A stretch of DNA of 64,000 nt from Octopus sinensis (GCF_006345805.1 NC_042999.1:94240001-94304000); one strand, 5' to 3'. Counted from the stretch's first letter, positions 12,261 through 25,938 are shown. Translations and numbers: made by a program. The notes: a model not told the origin generated them from the letters alone.

Positions 12261-14479
12261 ATCTTCTCCCCAAAAAGTTGGAAGGTTTTAAAAAAATCAG
12301 AAGTACCAATTATGACGATATCCGAAAATACGACAGCAGTCACAGCGACTCCAGATGACAGTTCTTGTCAAAGAATTCGCTTCTTAGCCGTGCAGACTTT
12401 AACGGGTGAAGTACAAAGAAGCTCTCTCGGTATGCCGTATGAAACACAATTGTTACTTCACTGCAAGAAAAGTATCCATTGTTGCCACTAAAAATCAACA
12501 AAGAAAATTCATGTGCTGTGTAGTGACGAATAAAACAGTAACTTTGGCAACGTCAATCTTGCAAGATATCTAAATAATCAGTTCATCTACAAATGAACAA
12601 AACAGGAAATTTATTCTAACCGATAACAAACTCAAACAATTTCAAGTATACACCTGAATTATTGAAGTTATGAAGATTCAATCCCAATATTATTTTCTGT
12701 GTCTAATATTCTGTCTCCCTTCATCGCTCAATTTCTCACGAATACAGTCAAACACGCGCGCACGCAACTATGCTTGTACATATAGATCCATATGTAAAGA
12801 TATGCATATGTATATATACATATATTTATTTGTAAACACACACAGAGGCATATATTTTCCATATGCTTGAATCTCTGCTTATATCTGTGTGTTTGACTAT
12901 CTACCTATCTACTCTCTATTTATCAAGTTGATAACATTTTATGGAAAATACTTCGGCCGCTAACTGTTTCGAATTTGGGAATCAATGCATATATGTGCAG
13001 AGTAATTAAAAAATGGTGTCTGAATATAAGCCGTGCAGATCTGTCGTATATAATTTGCGCTAATTTAGTTTCATGCAAGAAACAGTTAATCTTTGGTAGA
13101 TTTATACTTTCCTCTTATCAAACTTGGATACTGAACCTAGACTCTGTTTTGTCAAACACATAATGCACCCATATATACATGATTTTCGCTCTTTGCGCTG
13201 TTATATTATTTGCTTGCTTTTAAAGAACCTTCCTCCCATCAGCCTTTAATGTTCAATTTATATTGTTTCCCTGCAAAATAATTCAAGTTTCTTAGCGTTA
13301 CAAAGTTCAGTATTTGTGATAAACCATTACCCCACTGCATATTTGTATGTATATATGTGCGTGCAAGTGTATTTTTTATCGATTGTGGCTGTCTTTCCTC
13401 CGAAAACGTATATACTCAACTTAATTTTGCTTAAATGATTTCTTTGAAATATTATGTACTAAATGACAAACTGACTGCTACTACTACTACTTCCTACACG
13501 TCGATCATTTCAACCTCTATCACTGTTTCTACAGCAATTAGGAAGAGAGTGAAGTTGTTCTAACCTCGCAGTTCGGTACTTGGTGAAAAGGCATTCAAAT
13601 TAAGTTAATGTACATTTCTAGATTTTTTAGTTTACAGCTTGAATACGTTGTGATGTTGCGGCAATTTTAGAGACGCATTATTAATTACGTCTGTTCACCT
13701 ACGCCGTAAATGATCTTTTCTATTTGTTCTCTTGGAGAAGTGAAATTAGCGCCTGTTATAGATTATATCTTTTCACTTCTGAAGATCATCTGAACGGCCT
13801 TCTCTGAAAAGATAATACTAACGTATTCGATTGTTTGAATTTACTAACATTAAAATGTCCCTTCAGGACTTGGCCGTGCAATTAGTAAAAGAAATCGTTA
13901 TTGCGTTTATTATGGCAGAGAGCTGAAGTAGGGTAGTTACTTAAGTCCAACTGAGCTTCCGTTTTGGAGGGAAACCCTTAATTTCACTTCAATCGTAATG
14001 CCTTGTATTAATTTCACGTCATTAATCTCTCGTTTCAGCATTCAGGTATATTGTCTATTGTTGTTGTTGTTATCGTTGTAGCATTAAAGGTCATTAATTC
14101 AGTTCACTTTCGTGACATTCAAGCCAATAATGCCTAATATAGAACAAGCAAGATTTTCTCTAGCGTTTTTTAGTCGCCGTATTTGGAACCAAAAATAAAC
14201 AAAGATTTTTTTCTTCTTCTTTCTGCCTGAAGACATTGCAAGCGAGGGTTATCAGTCGACGAAGCTTCCCACAGCAATGTATATCAGAATAATTTGATGT
14301 GCATTATATACACTAAAAAATTGTTCGTCTAATCGATATAATCTCAATATTATAAGACCCACTTCCAGGACATCTAATGATCTAAATATTTTCAGAAATA
14401 AATTTGGTAAGATGAAGCAAGCATTGATCAGTAGCCTGGTTTATAGACACGAAAAATAAATAATGTACATTGCCAAAGT

Positions 14480-14720
14480 TAATCCTATCAAAATCCTGGC
14501 CTACTTAACATTCTTTACTAGAGGATGGAAAGTAAATAAATTATCTGAACATACATACAGTAAGTTTTTATGTGGCATCTCTTCAAATTGTCTGATAACT
14601 GTGGACAGGCTGCCAATTTTATTGCGTTGCTTCTTCCAACCATACTTAATTTCTCACTCGCCATCTTCGTCATTTTTTCCAAGGAAATATTCCCTTGGGT
14701 CTCACTTACAATAACCTTCC
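14480..14720 (-). mobile_element. Possible piggyBac-like transposase remnant
   Basis: One short motif only: GSLSTVIRQFEEMPHKNLLYVCSDNLFTFHPLVK, resembling the piggyBac DN.FTS catalytic segment. Confidence 0.3.
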
Positions 14721-14861
14721 AAATAGCTATAAACGTATTATTCCTGCACGTTGCACATGTTCATAAACACGTTAAATACATATAAACAGTCCAGCACACA
14801 TTCATTTCCATCTCTGCGTGTGTATTTAAATCCTTATTCACAAATTCACTGACACACACAC

Positions 14862-14927
<66 letters not shown>

Positions 14928-14974
14928 TATACACACACACACACATATATATTTATATATATATATATATATGC

Positions 14975-15007
<33 letters not shown>

Positions 15008-15435
15008 ATCATACACACTCCCACACACGTAAATATATATACATACATATATATGCGTACACGCACACACACATATGGATGCATGTATAAGCAACCATTT
15101 AATAGCAAAATATGTGTACGTCTATCAAGAAAGCTAAAATTCCGGTATTGTCTACCATTAGAAGTATGTTGCGACAGCTTCACTTATCATGATTCGTCTC
15201 ATCGATAATTGGCTAAAGTTTATATAGAAACCAACATGTCATTCTATAAATTGATTAAGCTCACTATTCAGTATAGTCATGCCTAATATGATTCTAATTC
15301 TTTCAACGTACTGTGTTTCAACTAAATATTAGGCCGTATAAAGAAACAAATTTATCCCCCCCCCCATACAGACACACAGAGACACATACATGCACGCACA
15401 CGCATTTATATGTGCATATATGTATGCATATATAG

Positions 15436-15494
<59 letters not shown>

Positions 15495-17060
15495 TGTGTG
15501 TGTGTGTTTGTTTATGCAAAGAAAAGAATCTGAAAATACAGATAAAAGTATTTATTACCTTAACCGGTTTCACTTATTTAAAAAAGCTTTTCAAAAGTGA
15601 GGATCTGTGTATCCCCTCTAGATTTAAAAATTAGTTTACATTAATGTATTCAAATGAATTAATTTTCTAATACTACGGAGGATACACAAAACATTGGGCT
15701 TTACATTTGAAAATCTTTTTAAATAACTGAAACTGGTTTTCAGATTCTTTTCCTTATATCGTTCGGTTACCCCAACCTTACTTTGTATAAAAAGAGGTTG
15801 TATTGGAGATATAAACTGTAAACAGCAGTCTAATCTGTTCAAGAAGTGTTTTGTTTTCAAATGTCGCATAACTACCAGTTCTCTTGAGACAAAATGTTAA
15901 TGGTTTCAGCTCGTTTGAAGCCTAAATTCAGAGGTCATTTAGGTTTTTTCGAAAGAAGGATGATAATGATTCCCAGATCTCAAAGGGTGCCAGTGTATTG
16001 AATTGTCGAAACTTATGAGGTTAAAAATATTGCATTTTACCTTCCCGATTAGTATTTAAGAACGAGAAAATTCGACGCATTAATTTTCAATTATTTTCTT
16101 CTGCCTATCATTAGATTAGTTGTATTTTATACTGAAGTGTATTGGTACCTTTTGTAGTATTGCCATATTAGTAATCCATTTAATGTTATACGTTTTGAAG
16201 AATTGAACCGTATGATATGATAAAAAAAAATTCCACTTATAATTTTGAGGCTAAATTTCTATACATTTTTTTCATATATTTCTTCATACTACTTTCTGTT
16301 CAGCGAATTTTGATAACTTTTCTACATATTTTCAACCAAGCTTGTTGTCTAAAGGAATTACAAAACGAATTATGGCACATTCTCTTTTTCGTTATATTAA
16401 ATTCGTGTACATTTCCATGATATCTTGTCTACAATATTCGATTAACCTATCCTTTTTGGTATCAAGCTTACATGAAATAATTGGATTCGAACGTTCATTT
16501 ACAGCCTTTTCTGGTACATCAATGACGCACGTGTTTCTTCAGAGTTATGATTTTGCTACTTGCTACAAAGAGACCAGTATTTCTACTCCACTTATTATTT
16601 AACCGTCATATATTTGCAGAAGTGCTGCAAAATACATCTGTGTTTACCGATTATACATTCGGGATCTTCAATCATTATTCTTGCTGTTTTATTTTCTCTT
16701 TCAATTTATAAACCTTCACTCTGGAGTCTCCCACATGATAATCCATTTATTTTACTTTCACAATCTTGGTATCTAAGTAGAAATTTCCATGTAACTGTAT
16801 TCATCTAAGAGTTTCCTTTCTTTAAACCTTTCACGTACATTGTTAAGCTCTTTTGTATTTCATCAAGTTCAACGCAAGACGTAGTTCCCTTACACAATAC
16901 TCATTCAGATTTCACTCATTACATGGCAGTGTTCACTGACATTTGCTTTCTATCTACATAGTCGGGAAAGCCAAATAATCACCACAGTCCAAGCTTCTCT
17001 TTCTTGTAGAAATACCTGGCACTTCTCAACGGGTGATGTATTACATTCATTGTTAGGTTT

Positions 17061-17340
17061 AAGGCGGCGAGCGGCCTGAAAGGTTAGCACGCCGGGCGAA
17101 ATGCTTAGCAGTATTTCGTCTACCGCTGCGTTCTGGGTTCAAATTCCGTCGAGGTCGACTATGCCTTTCATCCTTCCGGGGTCGATTAAATAAGTATCAG
17201 TTACGCACTGGGGTCTATATAATCGACTTAATCCGTTTGTCTGTCCTTGCTTGTTTTCTCAGTGTTTAGCCCCTTGTGCGTAGTAAAGAAATAGGTATTT
17301 CATCTCTCTTTATGTTCTGAATTCAAATTCATTGTTAGTT
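17061..17340 (+). mobile_element. tRNA-derived SINE (family B, my label)
   Basis: AAGGCGGCGAGCGGCCTGAAAGGTTAGCACGCCGGGCGAAATGCTTAGC head, GGTTCAAATTCC B-box-like motif, GGGGTCGAT body; homologous to 39012-39230. Confidence 0.85.
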
Positions 17341-17770
17341 TTATTTGTTTTGTCTCACTCGTATATTTCATCTGATATCGAATTCACTATTTCTGCACTA
17401 CAAATTAAGACGTCAGTAGTTCACGTATTTATCACATTTATCAAATTTCAAGAATTAGATTTAGACTTGAGTACAATCTTTACTTATTGCAAATATATCG
17501 TTTTCACTTTTTCTCACATTTTCCTAATAATGATGTCATCTACTTTCAGCAGCCTTACTTACTTCTATCCATTTTACACCAAGTTCTAAGTACTGCTCTT
17601 TCAATATTTTTCCCAGTGAAATAGACTCACACTCTTCATAAATAAAATAGTACATTGCGATACAGTAGACTCCATTCTAATATTGCTGTGAACGTAGGAC
17701 AATTTAGGTTACGACAGTTGATAGGAATGGTGGCTCCAGCGAAAAATATAATAGTCGTTGCTGTCATTGT

Positions 17771-17836
<66 letters not shown>

Positions 17837-17885
17837 CAGTAGTAATAGCAGCAGTACTAGTAGTAGTAGCAGCAGTAGCAGTGAT
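17771..17885 (+). repeat. (AGT)n/(AGC)n microsatellite
   Basis: Direct repeats; source of the spurious poly-Ser ORF. Confidence 0.95.
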
Positions 17886-18056
17886 AGCCCTTATTTTATG
17901 TTATCACTAAGCCAGTTACAGTGAATATAATTCAGGTATTCATATTATATACTTCATAATTATGTGGGGCTAAACCTGGTGAAACTGAACGAGGCGAATT
18001 GTTTAACATCAAGGTTTGTGGGTTAGTTTCTTTATGGAAAGTATCTACATCGATAA

Positions 18057-20209
18057 CACTGGGCAACAACAAAAAAATTATCTGGTTACAATGAATTCGT
18101 AAGTGATTTTTGTCTGCTAAATTCAAAAATAGCTTCAATATTTCTCTATCAGGTTTAGTTTTCTGACTACACCTAATAGAGTGAGTATTTTATTCATACA
18201 AAAGGCATATAGTATAAATCAATAAAGAGAGAGTAACACAAAACAAAACGAAGTACAAATAAAATTTCAAAATTTAAAATGCACATTGGTTAAGATTTTT
18301 GGCAGAAAAGTAATAAATTTGCGCTTCTTTGTGCACCGTGAATGTTGAGCAACAAGAGTATCTTGTTTTAAACACCAGCAATAGTCTGCCAGCGTTCCAA
18401 CGTCCTTAGTACCGAGTTTCCATCTTCTTGATGTCCTGATGGAATCGTTCGCCTTGTCCGTTGCTAACATCTCCGAGATTTTCAGGAAAACAATGAAGAT
18501 GACTAAAATCATAATGCATTTTGATGCTCATATTCGCGCCAATATCACGAAAAATTGATATCAAGTTGGTAATAAGGTCTTTATAGTTTCCCAAGAAAAA
18601 TTTACAGTACTTCTGCAAAGGGTAGCCAGGATCATGTCTCATTTTCGCTCATTACTTTTACGATATTTGTGTCCTTCAAGAACTTACAGATCTGTGGTCC
18701 ATCAAAAATCCCTGCTTTAAGATTTGAACCCCAAGTCTGGAAATACACTGCAGATATACTTGAAGCACTCCCCATTTTTGTCAAGAGCTTTGACGAATTG
18801 CTTGATCAATCCGAGATTGATGTGCAAAGGTCAAGGGGGGCGGAAATGATCTTATCTCACTCAACTAAAAGTTCTTCCAATATATTGGCAGCTCTACATG
18901 GAACCATAATTGATCGAGGCGGCCAGTCTTTCTCAACATAGTGGTGGCCTTGGTCTCTACAGTCCCACATGCAAAGAATGCATGGGTATTTGGTATAACC
19001 AGATTTCTGGCCGATGAGAAAATTCACCATCTTTAAATCAACGAAATGACTCATTTATGGTCATGGTACAGTATCTTCTCTAAAACCAAATTAATTTTTT
19101 CATATTTTTTCCTGCAGATTTGTTGAATGGCCGAATGGGACAGAGCCATACACACTTCCGTTGTGCAACAATACACATTTTAAACTACGCTTAGAGCTGT
19201 CTATGAAAAGACGCCATTCCTCTGATTTGTATTCCTCAATGCTAAGTTTATTAAGAAGCCAAGTGACACCTCTGCAATAAACTAGCTCTTCTCTTTTGTG
19301 AAAAATAAAAGGAACTCTTCATGCCGTCTCCGATAAAAAGTTATACGGATACCATTCTCTAGTAGATTCTTCTTTTCAGTCGAGAAGCCAACAGCTCTGC
19401 AGAATGTTATGGGAGGTTCAAATTACGAATTAAATTATTCAACTCCGCCTGGGAGAATAGTGGGTGTAAGGTCTCAATTGAAATGTCTTGATCTCTAGTG
19501 TCTTCTTCGGGTGATAAATCTTCTTTGATTGAGGGTAAAGTTATCTGAGGCATGACATTGAAGACAGGAACAGGAATCTCTTCACTGTGTGCAGCAAGTC
19601 TAATAGCAGAGGTAAGATAGGAAAGACAAATGGATGTCGATTTTTCCGGTTAATACCTTTCAAATTTAGGTTACAAAAATAGCAGTCGTCACGTGATTAT
19701 AGGGCTCCTTCCATACTATTGGTATAGCAAACCTCATATTGTCCGTTTAGTCCGTTGTCACAAATGTTCTGTACATTATTTGCAGATACTATGCAGTGCC
19801 CGATATTTATCTTGGTCTCCCAGTTTGACCCCAAAATATGCCACATACGCTCTTTCAACAAAATCAGTGATGTTTTTTACGATTTTCACGTAATTTGTTT
19901 TCTCCCAAACGTAACACAACACGTTTGGAGAATTAACACAACACTTTCTTAAGGAGGACATCTTGCTCATTTTCTATTGCTTAGTTCACCACATCTAAAA
20001 AGTATGGAAAATGAATAAAGCTTAGAATTAGAATAAGGTAACGAACACTGTGTACTGGACGTACACACATACATAGTGTCTATTGGGATGTTCAATAACT
20101 TAAAACTAAATCTGATAGGTCAAAAAGAATGTTATATTTGGATTCAGAAGACCGATTTTGTAGAGGAATAATATCTATTTCCTAAACACCAAAACCTTGT
20201 AGACCAGTG
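18057..20209 (-). mobile_element. Chapaev3-type (CMC superfamily) DNA transposon with both termini and a decayed transposase
   Basis: Transposase pieces: CCVNSPNVLCY..ITDFVERAYVAYFGVKLGDQDK..HSICK, PIVWKEPYNH, VDLKMVNFLIGQKSGYTKYPCILCMWD, KAGIFDGPQI, NMSIKMHY..SHL..FPENLGDVS..QGERFHQDIK.ME.RY, LADYCWCLK. Imperfect TIRs CACTGGGCAACAA (18057) and CACTGGTCTACAA (reverse complement ending 20209); subterminal similarity ending CTATCAG; flanks TAA and TAG versus the expected TWA TSD. Confidence 0.85.
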
Positions 20210-20985
20210 TAGTATACGTAAAAATTAAGATATATAATGACTGCCGTAACAAAACGAGGTACTATTTAAGATCCAGAAAAATTTAGTGCTCTTCATCTAA
20301 TCTAGGGTGGGAGTACATTGGCTCCGTTGATCAGTTGCTTTTTTTAATATCAACTCTTCGAGTTCAAATAGATTTTTTATTCTTTTTGTTTATCATTTTT
20401 GCATTATCGTATGAATTCCTGTGTGGAAAACACAAATTAGCAAAATTTTCTGAATATTCCAAAAGATAAAATAATAATGAGTGGTGACATGGGGTATTTA
20501 AACCAGAATTCTGCTAAATATTTTAATGAGCATCTATTACACCCTACTTCTAGTAACTGCCTTACAAGAACAACAGCCCCAGCTATTTCTAAGAGCTGCT
20601 GCTGCTGTGAGATATATAAGTCACAGCTCATTTTTCAACTCCTGTCAAAACTCATTTATATAGAGCTGCCAACGTCTATATTGTTACTAGATCTGTTATA
20701 AACAGCTGTCAAGTATTCTTCTAACGTTGTCCACTGGAAGGAGACCTAATTTTTCCTGGTGTTATTTTTCTAAAGCGCCTTTTTACCTGTTTTCTCTCTC
20801 TTGGATAATCACAGCATATGCAGATGAGATCACACCCAACTGAGCTTCTCCGACGCGGTTTTGAGGTTGTTTTTCATTCACAATTGTTGCTATTGATGTT
20901 GTCACTGTAGTTGTTGTTGTAGTTGTTACTGGTTCATCTACAGTTTTCGATTTCCTCGTTCTTGTTTCCTTTGTTGTATTTGTTG

Positions 20986-21285
20986 TTATAGATGCTGCTG
21001 ATGTTGTTGGTAGTGGTGATGACTGCGTTGGCTTGGTTGATTTGTTTTTGTTTCGGAGTTCGTTGTTTTTGTGCTGCAATTTGCTCTTTGCTTTGATGCA
21101 TTGAAAGACACAGTGGGGCTTCTCTTTGGCTTGGTTTCAGTATTAGTCGATTGACATTCCGTTCTGGCAGAATTGACCGTTGTTTTGCTGGCCAGTAGGA
21201 TAGTAGTGGGATTAGATTCATCAACACTTATTGCTAATTCAACATTACCAGGAGGAGATTCTGCCGTGTTGATAAATGATTCTAT
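20986..21285 (-). CDS. Candidate terminal coding exon (99 aa + stop) of an unidentified host gene
   Basis: Acceptor TTTGTAATTTCAG|ATA at 21286/21285. Only the phase-0 frame is open from the acceptor: IESFINTAESPPGNVELAISVDESNPTTILLASKTTVNSARTECQSTNTETKPKRSPTVSFNASKQ...HHHYQQHQQHL*. No transposon similarity seen; followed by UTR-like sequence. Confidence 0.5.
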   Translation of the reverse strand: MESFINTAESPPGNVELAISVDESNPTTILLASKTTVNSARTECQSTNTETKPKRSPTVSFNASKQRANCSTKTTNSETKTNQPSQRSHHHYQQHQQHL

Positions 21286-22085
21286 CTGAAATTACAAATG
21301 GATATTGATTGAATTTTGTATAGGTACCTTTTTTCTGCAGATGTGTTGTCACGTTCCGAAGTCCCAGTGATTAACTGCTACTTATTTCATCGACCCGGGA
21401 CAACAATAGGCAAATTCGACCTCGGTGACATTTAAACTCATTATTTACAAGAATAATAAGAGCAGTAGCTGTAGCACCAACGGAAGCAGCAGTAACAACA
21501 GAGTGGTAGTAGCAACATCATCAGCAGCAGCAGAAGTAGTAGTACTAGCAGTAGTAGCAGTAGTAGTAGTACACATGTACAAATAAAGTAAATGGTGAAA
21601 GCGATTATGTTCTAAAATAAATTAGTCACGAAACGGAAAAAGAAAAAAGAAACAAGTCCAAAAGCTTAATAGTGGCAATAATTGACACTAAGAGTGTAGG
21701 CACTACATAGATATAACACTAAGATACAAGTATATCTGCAGCGTAAATGACCATGTTGAATCCCACTATTTACTAAGTATAACCCACACAGACGCATATA
21801 TATGAGTGTGTGATTGTGTGTTGTCGCGGTTTCAATTCCTAGGCAGAATGCGTTGTGTTCTTGAGCAAAGCACTTCTCCCATTGCTCAGGGATCACTTCG
21901 ACACCTGACAGGTGGCACACCATGCTCCTCTTCATGCAACGTCGATTTGATGGAGGCAGTGAGTAAATGTACAGCACATACATTTGATCACTGTAAACAA
22001 ATCATTCGTGCAGATCGGTCAGCAAAGAAGCTGGACACACACAAACGTCGTCTTTGACGAGAGAGTCCATCATGTGTGTGTATGT

Positions 22086-22144
22086 GTGTGTGCATATATG
22101 TATGTATGCATGTATGTATGTATGTATGTATGTATGTATGTATG

Positions 22145-22175
<31 letters not shown>

Positions 22176-22197
22176 GCTATGTATGTATGTATGTATG
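22086..22197 (+). repeat. (TATG)n microsatellite
   Basis: Direct tetranucleotide repeats. Confidence 0.95.
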
Positions 22198-22929
22198 CGT
22201 AATCCGTCTAAGTCCGTATATCAGGAAACATTTCCTCGTATATCTGTCAGTTGAATGGGTATATCAATCGAAATGTAAGGCCAATCTTACTAATCAATTT
22301 CGCATCTACGGTTCCTCAGAGTGTTACGTAACCGTCCGATTATGTAACCCAGCGATCTTCAGAAGTAGCTTTTATGAAATTAAATATAGTGACTGATCTC
22401 TGTTGTTGGAGGTAAATAGACACATTCGGTTTGTGGTTGTGAAAAAGAGGGCGAAAAGAATCGAGCAAGGCTGTAAGTTAAAAATTATATCCCTTGGTGT
22501 CAAAATCATTATCTCTAGAGATGGTCTTGTTCCAAGTCGGAAAGAGTTTTCTGGGAAATATTATGTCTCTAAGGTTGGTGTTCTTGTGGGAACGGAATGT
22601 GTGCAGTAGTACTTTATGTATAACCTATGATGGGGGGGTGCACATTTGTGTTCGTTGGTATGATTTCTTTTTTATGTTTTCTTTAAATTCTAGGGGTAAT
22701 TATGTAGGCATGTGGAATGTGTAGGAATACAATATGCGTGAGAGCGGGTTTTGAGGGTGGTAAAAAAACATTTACTGTGTAGGCGTTCGCTGTGTTGGCC
22801 GTGTGTGTCTATTGTTGTGTTAGTGTATGCTCTGGTCGAACTCTTTGTCGGACTCTCGGCTGTTGGTGGAGGGCTGAAGTTGGAGAAATTATGATTATAA
22901 TAACTATAGTCCACTTTCGATTATTATAA

Positions 22930-24250
22930 TAATAATGAGCCATGCAGATGTGATAGAATTACTGCCTTCCATGTGGGCAAGGATTACAAATTTCACTTCT
23001 ACTATTCAGATAGACATCTAGGTGCTGGGTGCTCGTTAAAATCGCTGTTTTCTCAGCCACCTTTAATCTGCACTTCCTACTGCTTTTGAAGTACGTTTTA
23101 CATTTCTCCAGAATCTTCCACTTTATACTGTACTCGGTGGTGCTTTCTTTCAACGACCATACATGCTTAGTCATGGTTGTGGCGCTACATCTCTCCGAGA
23201 TGTTGAATGAAGACTTTGTCTCAGAAGTGAGTCTACCTACTAAGATTTTTATTTTACATTGGGTGCACAGCTAATGGGAAATTCTCAGAGTGTACCGATT
23301 AAATATTTGACTGAATATATTAGTACGGGGGAAGTGCTTGTCTAGTAAGCTACAAACATCCCACCTACTCGGGTTTTAACACTTAAAGAGTAGGGTGGTG
23401 TGAACCAGAATACTTTCCGTTGAGGCATTCTCATGGAAGGGTTAGAGTCCCGCGTGCAAGTAATTCTATTGTTGAAACCGCTGGTTCGCAGAGCCTTATT
23501 GCTCATTGTAGTACGGGCGGCAACATCAAAAATATATTTGCTTCAAGATAGGTTGGAGAGCCTTCTGCTGAAGCCCTTTACCAGGTTCTTGAAAACTATG
23601 GATGGATGACAGGAGCCTGTGCTAATAAATGATAGCTTCTCACTTTTCTTCCTAAAGGGTGCATAGGCACAGGACTCCAAGTCTCGGGTCACATCAAGGA
23701 AATCCATTCTTTTTAGGTTGGTTTCTATCTTGACCTTCGGTCCAAAAGAATTCGTGATGATGTTGATGTCTTTTCTAAGTATATCTAGCACGTGATCTCT
23801 TGCCCCTCTTGATTTTGCCAGTGCGTCATCCCTGTAGAGGACAAAGCTAGTGGAAATGAACTTGCTATTGAGTAAATCTAGAACGAAGAAACCAACGACA
23901 TCACACGCGTCAGCTCTATCGAATGCACCCATCACCACGTCAAGGTAACTTTCTAGGTCAGTTTCTTTGAGGAAGGCCGACCCTTTACTGAATAGTACGG
24001 TCCTTCTGGCGTGCATGATAATGCATATGTCCTCGTCACTAACTTCAGTGTAGGACCTAGCGAATTTCAATGCGTTAAAAGGGCTCCCTTGATATAGATG
24101 GCTAAAAGTTCACTACATAGAATTGGGAGATTCTAACTCTACCCCTTCCGCTATGGCATAACGCCAGTAAGATTATAACATGGTTTAAAACCAAGTCTTG
24201 TCAAACAATTCGACTCTAGTATATATTTTAAAGCCTGTTACTTATTTAAT
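22930..24250 (-). mobile_element. Penelope-like retroelement fragment (RT and partial GIY-YIG endonuclease)
   Basis: ORF 23543-24070 with VMGAFD.AD.CDVVG, LYRDDAL, DFLDVT.DL, YAPFRK and HPSIVFKNL; linker RKVFWFTPPYS..VKT.VG; C-terminal KHVWSLKE...Y.IKWKILEK..CRL...EK..IL..LNSRSEI..C.H. Confidence 0.88.
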
Positions 24251-25435
24251 ATAATCCTTTGCCCGACCGCTAGGTTACGAAGTTATAAACAAACCAACAC
24301 AAGTTGTCATTCGGTAGTGAGGATCAAACACATACACAGAGTAATATTCATAAACATGTATTTATCTATGGATAAACCTGGTATCGACAAAGTTTACATT
24401 TACCAAAGTTAGTCACAAGGTCCGAGCTATAATGGAAGATATTTGTCTCAAACCACATTGCGACGAAGCGCAGTTCTTAATCACACCCAGCAGGGTGAAT
24501 GTTTTGATTGCCTACTACAGTTGTCCCTATCCCACTCTCTTATGACATATTTATGTGTCTTGCATATATTTTTCTACCTTTGTATTCTTTTCCAGCACAT
24601 GGGCAATTGACATACTTAGAAGTGCTATTTAACCATAAGACATTTTCTTCAAGGGTAGCTATATATCTTGTTGGATGCAAAAGAAAAGTCCATGCAAGGA
24701 TTCAACCAGCTGTGCGCCAAATGATGGTTTAGTGTTCAATATTTTCCCTTGAAACTGAATATATGAATATATGTAGTAATATGCGCTTTGATGTAAGATG
24801 TATAGACAGTCAGAGTAAAAAATAAGTGCAGTACATTGTATGTTTTGCTGTCTTAATGTACTGAAACCATATGATATGAAATCAATGACCAGCAGAAGCT
24901 TTGCAAATAACCCTCTTGTTTCCAAGATTATTATGAATTGTAAAGCGTAGTATTTCTTTGCTGCGTATCCTGAAAACAACAACTAAGGCATTATGTCGAT
25001 ATGTTTGGAATTGGAAGTATCTGATAACTTCTGATTTGCAACGCAAATGACCGGATGTACGCTGTTTATAGGAAATTTATTCTTGAATCGGAAGAATGGT
25101 TAGTCACAAACCTTGAAGCAGTTTATCTATACGTTGATTTATATATAGGAATTTTTAAAAAGTTCTTAAGAGAGTAGTATGACATATATGTCTTCCAACA
25201 TCTAGTTACACATTACAAGTTCACCACACTCATTCTATTATATTTGTATATTAACTTTTATAACATATAATATATACATGCATATATACATAAATATGTC
25301 TGTATGTGTGCATATATATATACAATATATTTAAGATTCAGTTGAATTAAGTAATTAAATTGAGGTGCCTTGCCAGTTCGGTATAGTCCGCGTAGCTGTA
25401 AGTTCTGTTCACCAACCTACCTATACATATATATA

Positions 25436-25499
<64 letters not shown>

Positions 25500-25610
25500 C
25501 GTTCCGTTTCCCATGATACTATTTGATGTTCGAGTATTACATATGCTCCATACTACATTATTTACCCTATTTACATTTGACGGATATTTGTCCCCATTTT
25601 ATTTGATGTT

Positions 25611-25656
25611 AATACAACGATTCGGCTGATGTACTCTCCCGCCTTCATCAGGTGTC
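25611..25656 (-). ncRNA. Decayed hammerhead motif (inverted partner copy)
   Basis: GACAC-CUGAUGA-A-GGCGG..CAGCC-GAAUC-GUU-GUAUU: GAAA is mutated to GAAU and stem II has a mismatch, so it is probably inactive. Confidence 0.55.
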
Positions 25657-25894
25657 CTGGAGGAATTTCGAGCCTGAGTTCTAATTCCTAGGTATTATTA
25701 TTATTACTATTCAGGTCACTGCCTGGAATGGAAATCGACTTAGATAACAAGCCCCAAAACCCCTCCACAACTGCCCACGGGCACGTTGCGTAGCAGTTAA
25801 GAACTAACTCGGAAGCCTACTACGGATCCCAAGCTTCACCCTCAGCTTTGATCTTGAAACCTAACAGATGACCAATTATAGCACTAACACATCT

Positions 25895-25938
25895 CACCTG
25901 ATGAAGGCTGGAGAGTGAATCAGCCGAAACGTTGTGTT
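25895..25938 (+). ncRNA. Minimal type I hammerhead ribozyme motif (Penelope-associated type)
   Basis: CAC-CUGAUGA-A-GGCUG(gagagugaau)CAGCC-GAAAC-GUU-GUG: full core, one extra A before G10.1, 5-bp stem II, loopless palindromic stem III (AACGUU), stem I CAC/GUG; predicted cleavage after 25933. Confidence 0.7.

Noticed and set aside
13600-14000. Faint similarity to an APE endonuclease (YPTSA...GHFNV...NT..FQRRP)
   Set aside because: Too degenerate to distinguish from chance without a profile search.
15560-17040. Possible very old CR1 and RTE remnants on the minus strand
   Set aside because: Only scattered weak motif matches across many stops; not supportable by eye.
17655-17924. Poly-Ser ORF (and the poly-Leu ORF at 47336-47596, poly-Ile ORFs at 719 and 36759)
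   Set aside because: Trinucleotide microsatellite translations.
20783-21079. Thr-rich mucin-like ORF (and the 20934-21227 ORF) on the minus strand
   Set aside because: Alternative frames of T-poor sequence that are closed between the splice acceptor and their starts; the phase-0 exon reading is preferred.
24659-24982. 107-aa ORF with a good acceptor (GTTGTTGTTTTCAG) near 24973
   Set aside because: No convincing donor, no recognisable protein and no phase link to the other candidate exons.
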